A stretch of DNA of 64,000 bases from a virus. The stretch lies in IMG/VR virus record IMGVR_UViG_3300034682_000252, positions 1 through 64,000 of that record; one strand, 5' to 3'. The position numbers and the translations under genes were made by a program. The notes beneath the pieces were generated by a model that made no database searches, was not told the origin of the DNA, and saw only the letters and a program-made list of their open reading frames with translations. Position 1 is the first letter of the stretch; each line of letters begins with the position of its first letter. Positions 55,943 to 64,000 of the stretch are shown in pieces.

Positions 55943-56232
55943 CGTCTCTTCCTCCTCTTGGCTTTCAGCCGCTTGTTGATCCGTTCAAATACCGCATTCC
56001 AGCCAAGACAGATCGCCTCATCCTGCACTGACCAGCACCCCCGCTCGGCGGTCTTGCTGGTCCTTCTCCCGTGCCGCTCCGCTCGCTTCTTTGCAATGCC
56101 TGACGGGGTTCGCAGGGGCAGGAGCAAGGCCAACTGCTCCGCTGACAGATCCAGGTTCTCATCAACGATCAGGAGCTCTTGCGAGCTCCATGATTTTCCT
56201 CTCCTCTGCTTCGCCTTTTGCGACCCGTTCAT
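55939..56232 (-). CDS. Myb/SANT-like DNA-binding protein
   Basis: WSSQELLIV...LRTPSGIAKKR; second repeat WSVQDE. Confidence 0.6.
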   Translation of the reverse strand: MNGSQKAKQRRGKSWSSQELLIVDENLDLSAEQLALLLPLRTPSGIAKKRAERHGRRTSKTAERGCWSVQDEAICLGWNAVFERINKRLKAKRRKRR

Positions 56233-56259
56233 CTTGGCGGCTCCCTCTGCGACGTGGGA

Positions 56260-56541
56260 TTACTCGGCGACCGGCACCAAGCCGCTGGCATTGGCCTCGG
56301 CGGCCGGATTGAGCAGCCAGGAAACGTGTTGGGCGAACTGGCCGGCGTTGATATTGATCAGCAGCTCCAGGGAGGCGGTCCGATAACCCAACTCATAGTT
56401 CTTGAGGGTTGTTTGGGGGATACCCAGCAAATCGGCAAACTTGGGGCGGCTCAGGCCGTAATGCTCACGCATCAGGCGCAGCTTTTTACGGAACAGCTCC
56501 AGGGCGGCGGTCATTTCTGGGGTCACGGTTACTTTACTCAT
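56260..56541 (-). CDS. XRE-family HTH regulator
   Basis: LRLMREHYGLSRPKFADLLGIPQTTLKNYELG. Confidence 0.9.
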   Translation of the reverse strand: MSKVTVTPEMTAALELFRKKLRLMREHYGLSRPKFADLLGIPQTTLKNYELGYRTASLELLININAGQFAQHVSWLLNPAAEANASGLVPVAE

Positions 56542-56987
56542 TGGGCACCTTCTCTATGGGTTGTGGTGAGATCGGCAATGCGCCGGTTCACGCGGTCTAT
56601 CAGTTCTTCCATGGCTGCAAGGGCAGCATCCACGGCCACCCCTTCCGGCTTGTCCAGGTAGAGGGGCAGCACGGCGGGGGAACGCGGGGTGACAACTTCA
56701 CGCAGCAATGGGATTTGGGATAACTCAGGGAACACCCCGGCCGCGCCGGGGATCAGGATCTGGGGGGTCGATAACCCCTGATAACGAAAGCCGATCGTCC
56801 GCCCGTGATTGAGGTAAGCCCTCATGGGTTCGGGCAAGTAGTCGAGTCCTGGCGGTACCGCCTGCTCGACATATCGAGTAGCAGCCGCGGATAACCCGGC
56901 CATCACCTGGCCATGCTCAATGGCGAACTCATCCCTCACCGCCTCCAGCACACTGGAAACGTGTTGGGTGTTGGCAATCATGGTCAT
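56538..56987 (-). CDS. Hypothetical protein
   Basis: Coupled ORF. Confidence 0.65.
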   Translation of the reverse strand: MTMIANTQHVSSVLEAVRDEFAIEHGQVMAGLSAAATRYVEQAVPPGLDYLPEPMRAYLNHGRTIGFRYQGLSTPQILIPGAAGVFPELSQIPLLREVVTPRSPAVLPLYLDKPEGVAVDAALAAMEELIDRVNRRIADLTTTHREGAQ

Positions 56988-57721
56988 GCGGCTTCCTTGT
57001 GGACGATCTGCATCGTGGTTGGGTCGATGTGGTAATCGGTTCGGTCTACCTGGTCCCCCAGGGCAGACCAGCCCGGGCGATTGCGGCGGGTGAACATGTC
57101 CAGGCGCTGAATGTCGTCGCCGTAGAGCCGTGACAGACGCTGATACACCTCGTCAGGCTTCACGCTATGCTCCTGCACCAACTCTTCCAGAATCTGGTGT
57201 ACGCCCTTGTCCAGGCGCTGCAGCACCCTCCCCTTGCCACGCACACCCACGATCACCAGCTCGGCATTCGAACGGGTGTAATGGCCCTGCCCCCAGTTCC
57301 AAAAATCGGCGGACACCTTCTTGATCAGCTCAGGGGTGATCATGCTCAGCATCTGCCCGGTCGTTACCGGTGCCCTCATGGCCTTTTGCGGGGTCACCCC
57401 CAGTTGGGTGGCGATTTGGTACTTGAGCGACCGGCGCAGGCGAAAGGCCACGTTCTCCCAGTGCTTGGGGGTGCGCTTCACCCACACAAAGCCGAGAGTC
57501 CGGTAATTGAATCCCCAGGCCTTCATCAGCTCCAGGGCTTCGGGCAGCAGGGGGCCGGTGGCCCACATCCACAGGACAGACGTCGGCGCGGCCAGTTCGG
57601 CCACGTTCATGGCCTTCATCTGCTCCATAGACATGGTTTCATAATGGCGCTCGGCCCCGCCGCGGTTGCGGCTCTTGTCCTCGTAGCGCCAAGGCGGGTC
57701 GGCATGGATTAGTTGGAACAT
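56984..57721 (-). CDS. MT-A70 family methyltransferase
   Basis: ADPPW, LWMWAT, WGFNY, TRSNAE, HSVKP. Confidence 0.9.
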   Translation of the reverse strand: MFQLIHADPPWRYEDKSRNRGGAERHYETMSMEQMKAMNVAELAAPTSVLWMWATGPLLPEALELMKAWGFNYRTLGFVWVKRTPKHWENVAFRLRRSLKYQIATQLGVTPQKAMRAPVTTGQMLSMITPELIKKVSADFWNWGQGHYTRSNAELVIVGVRGKGRVLQRLDKGVHQILEELVQEHSVKPDEVYQRLSRLYGDDIQRLDMFTRRNRPGWSALGDQVDRTDYHIDPTTMQIVHKEAA

Positions 57722-58143
57722 CAGTCAAACCTCGAATGGTGTTTTTCGACCCACGCCTCTTCCTGGCGGCGCTTGATCTCTTCTTCGCCTATCAGCTCCC
57801 GCAGCACTTTCGTCTCGCGCTGGTGGGCCTGGAATTGCTGGCGCAGTTTTCGACCCCCAGCTAGGAGGTGTTTGATCACTGCCACGGGGTCGGATAGGTC
57901 ATAACCGGTTTCTTCACACACTCCGCACCCGTACTTGCTGAACAGACCGCCCACCATGCCGGTGCCTTCACAGAACGAGCACTTTGCGGGCGCTCCATCC
58001 GGGCGAGGCTCCGAGGTCATTGACGTGTCAATCTCGGCAGTCTGAATTGCCGGGGCGGCAGCCTCTCGAGCCAAGCGGTTGGCTTCGGCCTGGCGGCGTT
58101 TGAAGGCGGCCAGTTCGGCGGCCAGGGAAGGATCGCGATTCAT
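57721..58143 (-). CDS. DnaJ-like Zn-finger protein
   Basis: CSFCEGTG...CGVCEETG. Confidence 0.7.
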   Translation of the reverse strand: MNRDPSLAAELAAFKRRQAEANRLAREAAAPAIQTAEIDTSMTSEPRPDGAPAKCSFCEGTGMVGGLFSKYGCGVCEETGYDLSDPVAVIKHLLAGGRKLRQQFQAHQRETKVLRELIGEEEIKRRQEEAWVEKHHSRFD

Positions 58144-58415
58144 TTCTCAGATGGTTCTGTCGATTTTGCGCGGCGCTTGGCGCGGCGTTGTTCATTGGCG
58201 GTTTGGGCCTTGGCCTCTTTGGCGTCACGCATATCGCGGAGCTCGCGCAGCATGTTTATCCGGTCCTCAATCCACTGGGGGACGCTGTTGCGGCGGTAAT
58301 ACCCTCGGAGTGAATGATGCCCCTTGAGCCCCAGCATCTTGGCGAACTCGCTTTTACTGCCGAACGCGCCACCCACCAGCTCAATTCGCGCCGAGTCCAA
58401 TTCATCCAACGTCAT
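58140..58415 (-). CDS. HTH protein, first gene of the leftward early operon
   Basis: SKSEFAKMLGL...VPQWI; alternative start 58484. Confidence 0.65.
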   Translation of the reverse strand: MTLDELDSARIELVGGAFGSKSEFAKMLGLKGHHSLRGYYRRNSVPQWIEDRINMLRELRDMRDAKEAKAQTANEQRRAKRRAKSTEPSEK

Positions 58416-58524
58416 CCGAACAAGTCCTTTCAGGCAAACCAATGGCGGGTACGATACAGGCTCAAGGGGGTTCCATGCAAACATCCTAAGCTATTTTTGT
58501 GAGCCTATTTACCCTGTAGTTTCG

Positions 58525-58561
58525 ATTGGAAATATTTTCCCACTCATTGGAAATATTTTCC
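58525..58561. promoter_or_regulatory. Tandem ATTGGAAATATTTTCC operator-like sites (21-bp period)
   Basis: Exact 16-bp repeat at 58525 and 58546 in a divergent intergenic region. Confidence 0.75.
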
Positions 58562-58683
58562 TGTTTAGGGGGTGACTTGTTCATAAATTGCGCCTACTCT
58601 TGGGCTACTGGTTTCAGACAAGACCAGCAGGAAGCCCCCAACTGGGTGGCAAAATCTCGAATCAAGAAGCGGATTTAAGAGAT

Positions 58684-58854
58684 ATGAGCAACAAAAAACA
58701 GAGCATTATCAGCGTGTTGAGTGGAATAGACTCTTTCGACAAGCTCAAAGAGTTTGAGGGAATGGTGATGGGCATGAGCATTAACTCCGATCTTCGCAAT
58801 CGGCTGCTCAGACAGGCCACAGAAAACTTCTGCAAGGCCTGCCCAATGAGTTGA
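58684..58854 (+). CDS. 56-aa hypothetical protein
   Basis: ATG 58684; terminator at 58871-58891. Confidence 0.55.
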   Translation: MSNKKQSIISVLSGIDSFDKLKEFEGMVMGMSINSDLRNRLLRQATENFCKACPMS

Positions 58855-58945
58855 TTCCTACATCCTAACAAGGGGCCGAAAGGCCCTTTTTCATGTCTGG
58901 CCGGCCGGGTTCCCGGCGCTCAGGGAGAGGAGCCAGGCGAGCAAG

Positions 58946-59209
58946 TTATCCACAGAAAACGGCCTAGCTAAAACCAATAAGATCCCTCTTTAAGATCCCT
59001 TCTTTAAAGATCCCAAAGATCCCCAGCACTCCAGAAAGCGCACAAACCCCAGGCCTGGCGCGGCCTAGCGGAGCGCCCCCATGACCTCGCGATGTAGTCA
59101 AAATTGGAGGTTGATGTGGTCAAAATTGGAGGAATAGCCCGCCTCGATGTAGTTGAAATTGGAATGGCATGTAGGCAAGATTGGAAGTCGATGTAGTTGG
59201 GATTGGAAG
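58946..59209. other. Plasmid replication origin (P1 oriR-like)
   Basis: DnaA box TTATCCACA 58946; 4x AGATCCC (58980, 58993, 59008, 59017); GC spacer; five iterons; second DnaA box at 59333. Confidence 0.9.
59091..59209 (+). repeat. Five 20-bp iterons
   Basis: Variants of GATGTAGTCAAAATTGGAGG at 59091, 59113, 59146, 59168, 59190 (spacing 22/33/22/22). Confidence 0.9.
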
Positions 59210-59242
59210 CCAACAACAGGTTTCAGCAACCACAAAAATCAA

Positions 59243-60121
59243 ATGGAAAGCGATAAATTGAAAGAAAAAACAAAAGGTTGCGATAGCGTTGTGGAGGCTG
59301 GATCAGCCCTGACAGACGTGCGTCATTCCTCGTTATCCACAGTTCACCCCAACATCATTCTGCGCACTCCCATCTTCACCCCATCAGCCCGCAACCCCCA
59401 CCCCGCAACTGGCTTAGGGCGCACTGCTGATGTATCGGAGGAAATGCAGAAACTGACCTTTGCCAGGTCAGAGGGGTATGACAAGGTGATGATCTCCGGG
59501 TACCGCCTCGACATAGAAACGGATTTCCGGGTCTGGTGCGGCATCACCCAGGCTTTCGAGAGTGCCGGCTTTTGCAGTGAAGGCGTGGTTTTCGACTTCA
59601 AGGAGTTCGCATCACTTTGCGGATACCCGAGCAAGCACCTCACAACCGTTCTGCGAGAGCGGATCGACCGGTCGCTTACCCGCATCATGAGCCAAGTCAT
59701 TTCCTTCTCGCGGGCCGGGAAAGGGTGGGTAAAGACGCACCTGATCCACCGGGCCGAGTACAACTTGGACACCGATGAGATACGACTAATTCCCGACGCC
59801 AGCCTATGGGATCTCTACCGAATCGATCACAACATCCTGCTCTATATCGAGCACCAAGCTCCACTCAAGGGGAAGCCTGTCGCACTCTGCCTGCAAATGT
59901 ACCTAGCTGCCCTCCCCGCCAACCCCGTCCCGATCTCCATGACCAGGCTTCGGGAGCGCGTTGCCCTGAAAACAAGCAAGGTGGCAGAGGCGAACCGGAG
60001 CATTACCAATGCCCTGGCAGAGCTCAAGAAGATCGGGTACCTGGACTACGAGATCGTGACCAAAAACCGCGAGCGATACGTGCTGATACATGAGAGACAT
60101 AAGCAATTGAAATCAAAGTAA
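59243..60121 (+). CDS. repA: Plasmid replication initiator RepA (P1/IncFIB-type Rep_3)
   Basis: ARSEGYDKVMISGYRLDIETDFRVWCGI; directly downstream of the iterons. Confidence 0.9.
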   Translation: MESDKLKEKTKGCDSVVEAGSALTDVRHSSLSTVHPNIILRTPIFTPSARNPHPATGLGRTADVSEEMQKLTFARSEGYDKVMISGYRLDIETDFRVWCGITQAFESAGFCSEGVVFDFKEFASLCGYPSKHLTTVLRERIDRSLTRIMSQVISFSRAGKGWVKTHLIHRAEYNLDTDEIRLIPDASLWDLYRIDHNILLYIEHQAPLKGKPVALCLQMYLAALPANPVPISMTRLRERVALKTSKVAEANRSITNALAELKKIGYLDYEIVTKNRERYVLIHERHKQLKSK

Positions 60122-60570
60122 AAAGCCTTTCAGGATGTGGCCCTAATTGGTAATTCTGTGAGCTATTGGGTGGCGACAAAAACCACCCAACAAGGGGGCC
60201 GGAATCAGGCTGGAAACAGAGGTGACAGCGAGGGCCTGATCATGAATTTCAGGCAAAAGAAAGCCCACCGCGAGGGTGGGCCAAGAGTTCTTTGATCATT
60301 TCGGCAGATGATCATTGATCAGGAGCCTAATGATCCTTTAGGCTATCGGTGTGTTCCAGGGAGTACCACCTCCCCGGGCACCAAATAACCGGTCAGCGCA
60401 CCTCTTACAAAGGCTGCCGACTGCCAAGCTATTATCGCATTCACCTGGCACATGCTAGGGGCTGGATTAAGTCCGCCTGCACGGTTGCACCATCGCGCAA
60501 CTGTGATAAGTGTACCCGACCATGATCCCCCCCTCAAGTGTTTGGTGAATCCAATGTACGGATTTTGCCC

Positions 60571-61194
60571 ATGACATTAACAAACTCCACCAGCGCAATC
60601 GCCCATAGCGATCAGATCGTCGCCGTTCTCGCCAAGATGCCGATCAGCACCTTTGGCTCCCCCGCCGTCCAGCGCGTCGCCATCCAGATAGCCGCCAGCC
60701 TGAACAAGGCGCAAGGGTGGGCCTTCTCCCTGCCGATAAAGTATTTTGCCAAGAAAGCCGAGTGCACCCCTCGCACGGTTCAACGTGCCTTGCAGTCACT
60801 GACTAAGCTCCAGTTCTTCGAGGTGGAGTACCGCAAGGACCCCCATGATGCAAAGTTCAATCTCTCATCGGTATACCGGCTCGGATCAGCCCTGCGCTCA
60901 ATTTGCGAGCGACTTGTCACCAGGGGGCGATCAGGAGATCGTGGTTCTTTAAAACCAAACAAAGACAGACCTACAAGAAAGATCCCCGCTCCCGCAAATT
61001 CAGTTTCGCAGAAGCCCACCAGGAAGCCCTACGGGCCCAGCAAGCCGAGTAAGGCCGTTGGCCCTACCGCAACAGTCCGCACACCCGAAGAGTGGGAAGC
61101 AAGGCGCCTGGAGGGCATAGCGCTGGCCCAGGAGTCACACAAGAGGGCTATGGCCAAGATGGCGGCCATGATGGGTGGTGCCCTCCCCGCTTGA
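60571..61194 (+). CDS. wHTH replication protein, RepL-like (candidate lytic replicon)
   Basis: FAKKAECTPRTVQRALQSL...NLSSVYRL; basic C-terminus. Confidence 0.6.
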   Translation: MTLTNSTSAIAHSDQIVAVLAKMPISTFGSPAVQRVAIQIAASLNKAQGWAFSLPIKYFAKKAECTPRTVQRALQSLTKLQFFEVEYRKDPHDAKFNLSSVYRLGSALRSICERLVTRGRSGDRGSLKPNKDRPTRKIPAPANSVSQKPTRKPYGPSKPSKAVGPTATVRTPEEWEARRLEGIALAQESHKRAMAKMAAMMGGALPA

Positions 61195-61211
61195 CTGGTG
61201 ATGAAGGCTGT

Positions 61212-61234
61212 TTAATCATGCGTGGCATGATTAA
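61212..61234. promoter_or_regulatory. Perfect palindrome upstream of the small wHTH gene
   Basis: TTAATCATGC-GTG-GCATGATTAA. Confidence 0.6.
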
Positions 61235-61248
61235 GAGGTGAGGCACCC

Positions 61249-61530
61249 ATGAGACTATCGGCGATTCAAAAAGACGTGCTATTCGTGCTGTTCGCTATCA
61301 GGACCAAGGGGAAGGCTGGGCCGGTTCCCAGCATGACCCTGTTGGGGATGATCAACCGGGGGAGGTCCACAGAGGTGTTCCCGAGCAACTTCCGTACATC
61401 GTGCCACACCCTGGTTGATAACGGCTTGCTGGGCAAGTATCGAGACGAACAGTTAAACCTGGGCTTCTCTCTGACGGAGGCAGGCGCGGAACTGGGCGGC
61501 CAGATATACCAGGCCCGGATGGAAGGTTGA
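61249..61530 (+). CDS. Small wHTH protein, P1 UpfA-like
   Basis: MRLSAIQKDVLF...NFRTSCHTLVDNGLL...LTEAG. Confidence 0.7.
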   Translation: MRLSAIQKDVLFVLFAIRTKGKAGPVPSMTLLGMINRGRSTEVFPSNFRTSCHTLVDNGLLGKYRDEQLNLGFSLTEAGAELGGQIYQARMEG

Positions 61531-61562
61531 GGGCCACCACATGGCGGCCCTCAGTTGGCGAC

Positions 61563-62528
61563 TCAGCGCAAGCGGAGCTCGTGACCGAAGTCGATAGCAC
61601 CAGGCACGACTGGCGGCCGGCCATGTTGCGGCACGGATACCGGGTCGCGCTTGCCAAGCGGCAGGCTGCCGAGATCAGAGCGTGACAGGCTATCAAGGAA
61701 CTGACGCAAGATCTTGGCATCGTCCGGGGTCGCCATGGTGGCAATGGCCCGACGCTGGTCCTTGGTCAGCATGACCGGGTACGCCTCCAGGGCATCCATC
61801 ATGACCTGTTCGCGCTGCAGAGCGGCCGCCTTTGCCTCCTCCCGGGAGGCCTCCAGATCCTGGGCCAGCTTGGCCGAGTGCTGGCGCTGCTCAGACAGCA
61901 TCCCATCGAGCATCATCACATCGTAGAGGCTGGCCTCCTCAATGCGGCGAGCGGCGGATACCTGCACCCAGCTATCCAGCATCGCCACATAGGCGTCACG
62001 GTCCATGCCAAGCTCAGCGATCATCGCCTCCCCTGCTGAATCCAGCATCGCGCCCTGGCGGGCCAGCGGCACAAAGTTGGGCTGGGCTACGTAGTCGAAC
62101 CCGTACATCACCTGGGGATGGTCCCCGGTGTAGTTGCTGGGGCCGGTTACCGCCCAGGACCAGCCACCAGCATTCGAGTCGAGCATGGAGCACACGATAG
62201 CCCCGGACGGGGTATCCAGGATCTCCTGGGTGTGGTGCAACGTGCCGTCGTCGTCCAGGCTGATGGCCACCAGCCGGTTGCTGGGGACGTTCTGCATGAT
62301 GACCGGCTTCCCGTCGAGCATCACCACCTCCTGCTCGGCCGGCTTCATCTTGCCGGATAGCGAGCGGGCCGTGTGGCCGAAGTAGCCGAACAGCTCGCCC
62401 AGGCGCAGGCCTTCTTGGGTGGCTGCTGAATCCAGCATCTTCTTGACGGAATGGTGAACATAGCGGCGCCCGTTGTGGCCGGAGCGGCCTTCCTTGTGGA
62501 TGTTGATCGAGGTCTCTACGCGCCTCAT
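61563..62528 (-). CDS. pro: Prohead protease
   Basis: TQEGLRLGELFGYFGH, HTQEIL, AGGWSWA as in P1 Pro. Confidence 0.92.
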   Translation of the reverse strand: MRRVETSINIHKEGRSGHNGRRYVHHSVKKMLDSAATQEGLRLGELFGYFGHTARSLSGKMKPAEQEVVMLDGKPVIMQNVPSNRLVAISLDDDGTLHHTQEILDTPSGAIVCSMLDSNAGGWSWAVTGPSNYTGDHPQVMYGFDYVAQPNFVPLARQGAMLDSAGEAMIAELGMDRDAYVAMLDSWVQVSAARRIEEASLYDVMMLDGMLSEQRQHSAKLAQDLEASREEAKAAALQREQVMMDALEAYPVMLTKDQRRAIATMATPDDAKILRQFLDSLSRSDLGSLPLGKRDPVSVPQHGRPPVVPGAIDFGHELRLR

Positions 62529-64000
62529 AGCGGTTCTCCTAGCAGGTTAACGAGTTGGGTGTTGATGACGCCCTCCAGGAATGCCTGGAAGCCATCCCGG
62601 GGGCCCTTGTAGCCGACGGACTCCATGAAGTTCTGCCCGTCGCCGGCCTCCTCTTCGGCTGCATCCTTGGCGGCCTGGGCGAGGTCCTTGATGATCTGGG
62701 CGGCCTTGTCCGGGTCGAGCCGCACAATGTCGGTCAGCACCAGTTCCTTGAATGCGTCCGAACCGGCCAGGCGGCCGTTTTCGATGGTGTCGAGCACAGT
62801 GGCCAGCGCCATGGCGTAGTTGGTGCGCGTCTCCATGGCATCAGCCTGTTCGGCTTCGATCGCGGTGTTGAGGGAGTGGAATTTGATTTCGATGGGACGG
62901 AGCTCGCCGGCGCCGAACACTTTCCCGTACTTGTGGGCCATGTGAATGTCGATGAGCCGGTTCACGGACTGGACCACCCCCACCCGCAGCCAGTTGGCGC
63001 GGATCGCGGCTTGAATGGACGTTCGGAAGAATCCGCCATCCCCCAGCCCGCCAGACATGAGATCCCCCCAGCCGAGCATCGACACATCGATCCCCAGGGA
63101 TGACGCCATGCGCTTGAGGTGAAACATCACATCCTCAATGTGCTGAATGTCCGGGCTGACTGTCTGGGTGTCGATCGTCACGCCGCCCTTGTTGCCAGAC
63201 AGGTTAGGGATGAGCTGGTTCCAGACGGTGGGGATCAGGCCCTTGGCTTTCCCCTTGCGGGCGGCAGCCTCCATGTCCTTGCGCATCTGGGTACCCACGA
63301 GATTTAGGTACTGCGCGGCGCGGGCCGGGTCCAGGTTATCCATGCCGAGCGCCACGAACCGGTCAATACGGCTGGCGTTATAGCGGCTGCCCTTCATCGA
63401 ACGGATGGCATCGCTCAGATCACTCCAGGAGCCATAGGCAAACTCGAGGAACGACGTGCCGTAGTCCTGGGTTTCTATGGGCTTGCGGCGGTGAATGTCG
63501 TCATAGAGCGAGTAGCGGATCCCGGATGTGCCGGTGGGCTCCAGGGAGAGGGACGGTTGCCAGTACGGCACCTTGAGCCCCACCAACTGCCAGGGCTCCA
63601 CCAACTGGATCTCGCCCGGACGGGTGGGCGTCTTGAGGTATTCACCGGTGAAGCCGGCCAGGCGGCCGCCGCGGACGTACTCGCGGATCTGGTGCGCCAT
63701 CGTGTACCAGGACGATTCGAGATCGACGATCCCCTTGCCTGTCTCGCAATAGGGCCGGATGTAGTGGACCCCGTATGCGGCCATGAGCTTGCACCAGGAC
63801 GGCAGGCCGTTGTTGAGCATGGGCCCGAGCTCGGCCATGAGCGACGCGGCGATCTCCTTGGCGTCATCCGTCTTGGCCTCGATTGTGATGATGTTGCCGG
63901 TGCGGCTATCCACGCTCAGGGCGTGTGATATGTGCATATCCAGGGCGGCGGAGAGCACGGGATCGACAACCATCTCCTCGAGCAGGGCGTACTTGGCGAA
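62525..64000 (-). CDS. prt: Portal protein (5' end beyond the window)
   Basis: DIQHIEDVMFH, LGWGDLMSGGLGDGGFFRT; frame open to 64000; precedes pro. Confidence 0.9.
   Translation of the reverse strand, partial: FAKYALLEEMVVDPVLSAALDMHISHALSVDSRTGNIITIEAKTDDAKEIAASLMAELGPMLNNGLPSWCKLMAAYGVHYIRPYCETGKGIVDLESSWYTMAHQIREYVRGGRLAGFTGEYLKTPTRPGEIQLVEPWQLVGLKVPYWQPSLSLEPTGTSGIRYSLYDDIHRRKPIETQDYGTSFLEFAYGSWSDLSDAIRSMKGSRYNASRIDRFVALGMDNLDPARAAQYLNLVGTQMRKDMEAAARKGKAKGLIPTVWNQLIPNLSGNKGGVTIDTQTVSPDIQHIEDVMFHLKRMASSLGIDVSMLGWGDLMSGGLGDGGFFRTSIQAAIRANWLRVGVVQSVNRLIDIHMAHKYGKVFGAGELRPIEIKFHSLNTAIEAEQADAMETRTNYAMALATVLDTIENGRLAGSDAFKELVLTDIVRLDPDKAAQIIKDLAQAAKDAAEEEAGDGQNFMESVGYKGPRDGFQAFLEGVINTQLVNLLGEPL

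Larger units (their letters stand above)
1..64000. mobile_element. P1-like phage-plasmid (whole window)
   Basis: P1-type myovirus structural genes co-occur with pacA/pacB, c1, a cre-like gene plus lox site, ref, mat, an iteron replicon with repA and a partition system. No host housekeeping genes. Confidence 0.95.

Noticed and set aside
59091-59209. Iterons as a mini-CRISPR
   Set aside because: Spacers are 2-13 bp and the DnaA box/GATC/repA context identifies an origin.
1-64000. tRNA genes, IS elements, phd/doc, res/mod
   Set aside because: No recognisable motifs by eye; tRNAscan and HMM searches were not run.

Overview
This window is about 64 kb of a GC-rich P1-like (Punavirus-type) temperate phage-plasmid. 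A Dam+ gammaproteobacterial host such as Aeromonas is inferred, not shown. P1 homologies were judged by eye against P1 protein sequences recalled from memory and need BLAST/HMM confirmation. From left to right: (1) a minus-strand virion module with two tail-fibre genes, R, 16, bplA, pmgA, sit, pmgB, tub, pmgC, bplB, pmgG, 21, 22 (sheath) and 23 (capsid); (2) upfB, a holin-containing insert, upfC (PAAR), 5, 6, 24, 7, 25, 26, mat and ref; (3) a plus-strand accessory operon with a DHH phosphoesterase and a DUF262 protein; (4) a VCre-like tyrosine recombinase with a 34-bp lox-type site at 32708-32741; (5) an immC-like coi/c1 locus; (6) pacB/pacA with a seven-TGATC pac-like site; (7) an actin-type ParM/ParR partition pair; (8) about 19 kb of small minus-strand accessory genes; (9) a P1-oriR-like origin with repA and a RepL-like gene; (10) pro and prt. 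The main observations are: a candidate new Cre/lox pair; two dispersed operator-like motifs (ACWTCCTAAS, about 14 copies, and paired GGAAATATTTTCC); an apparent Glu-to-Asp switch in prohead-protease cleavage motifs; a candidate +1 shifty-stop frameshift before the tape-measure gene; in-frame tandem repeats in Sit; and a sensor-less BrxR/CapW-like wHTH protein. No tRNA, rRNA, CRISPR array or IS element was seen.
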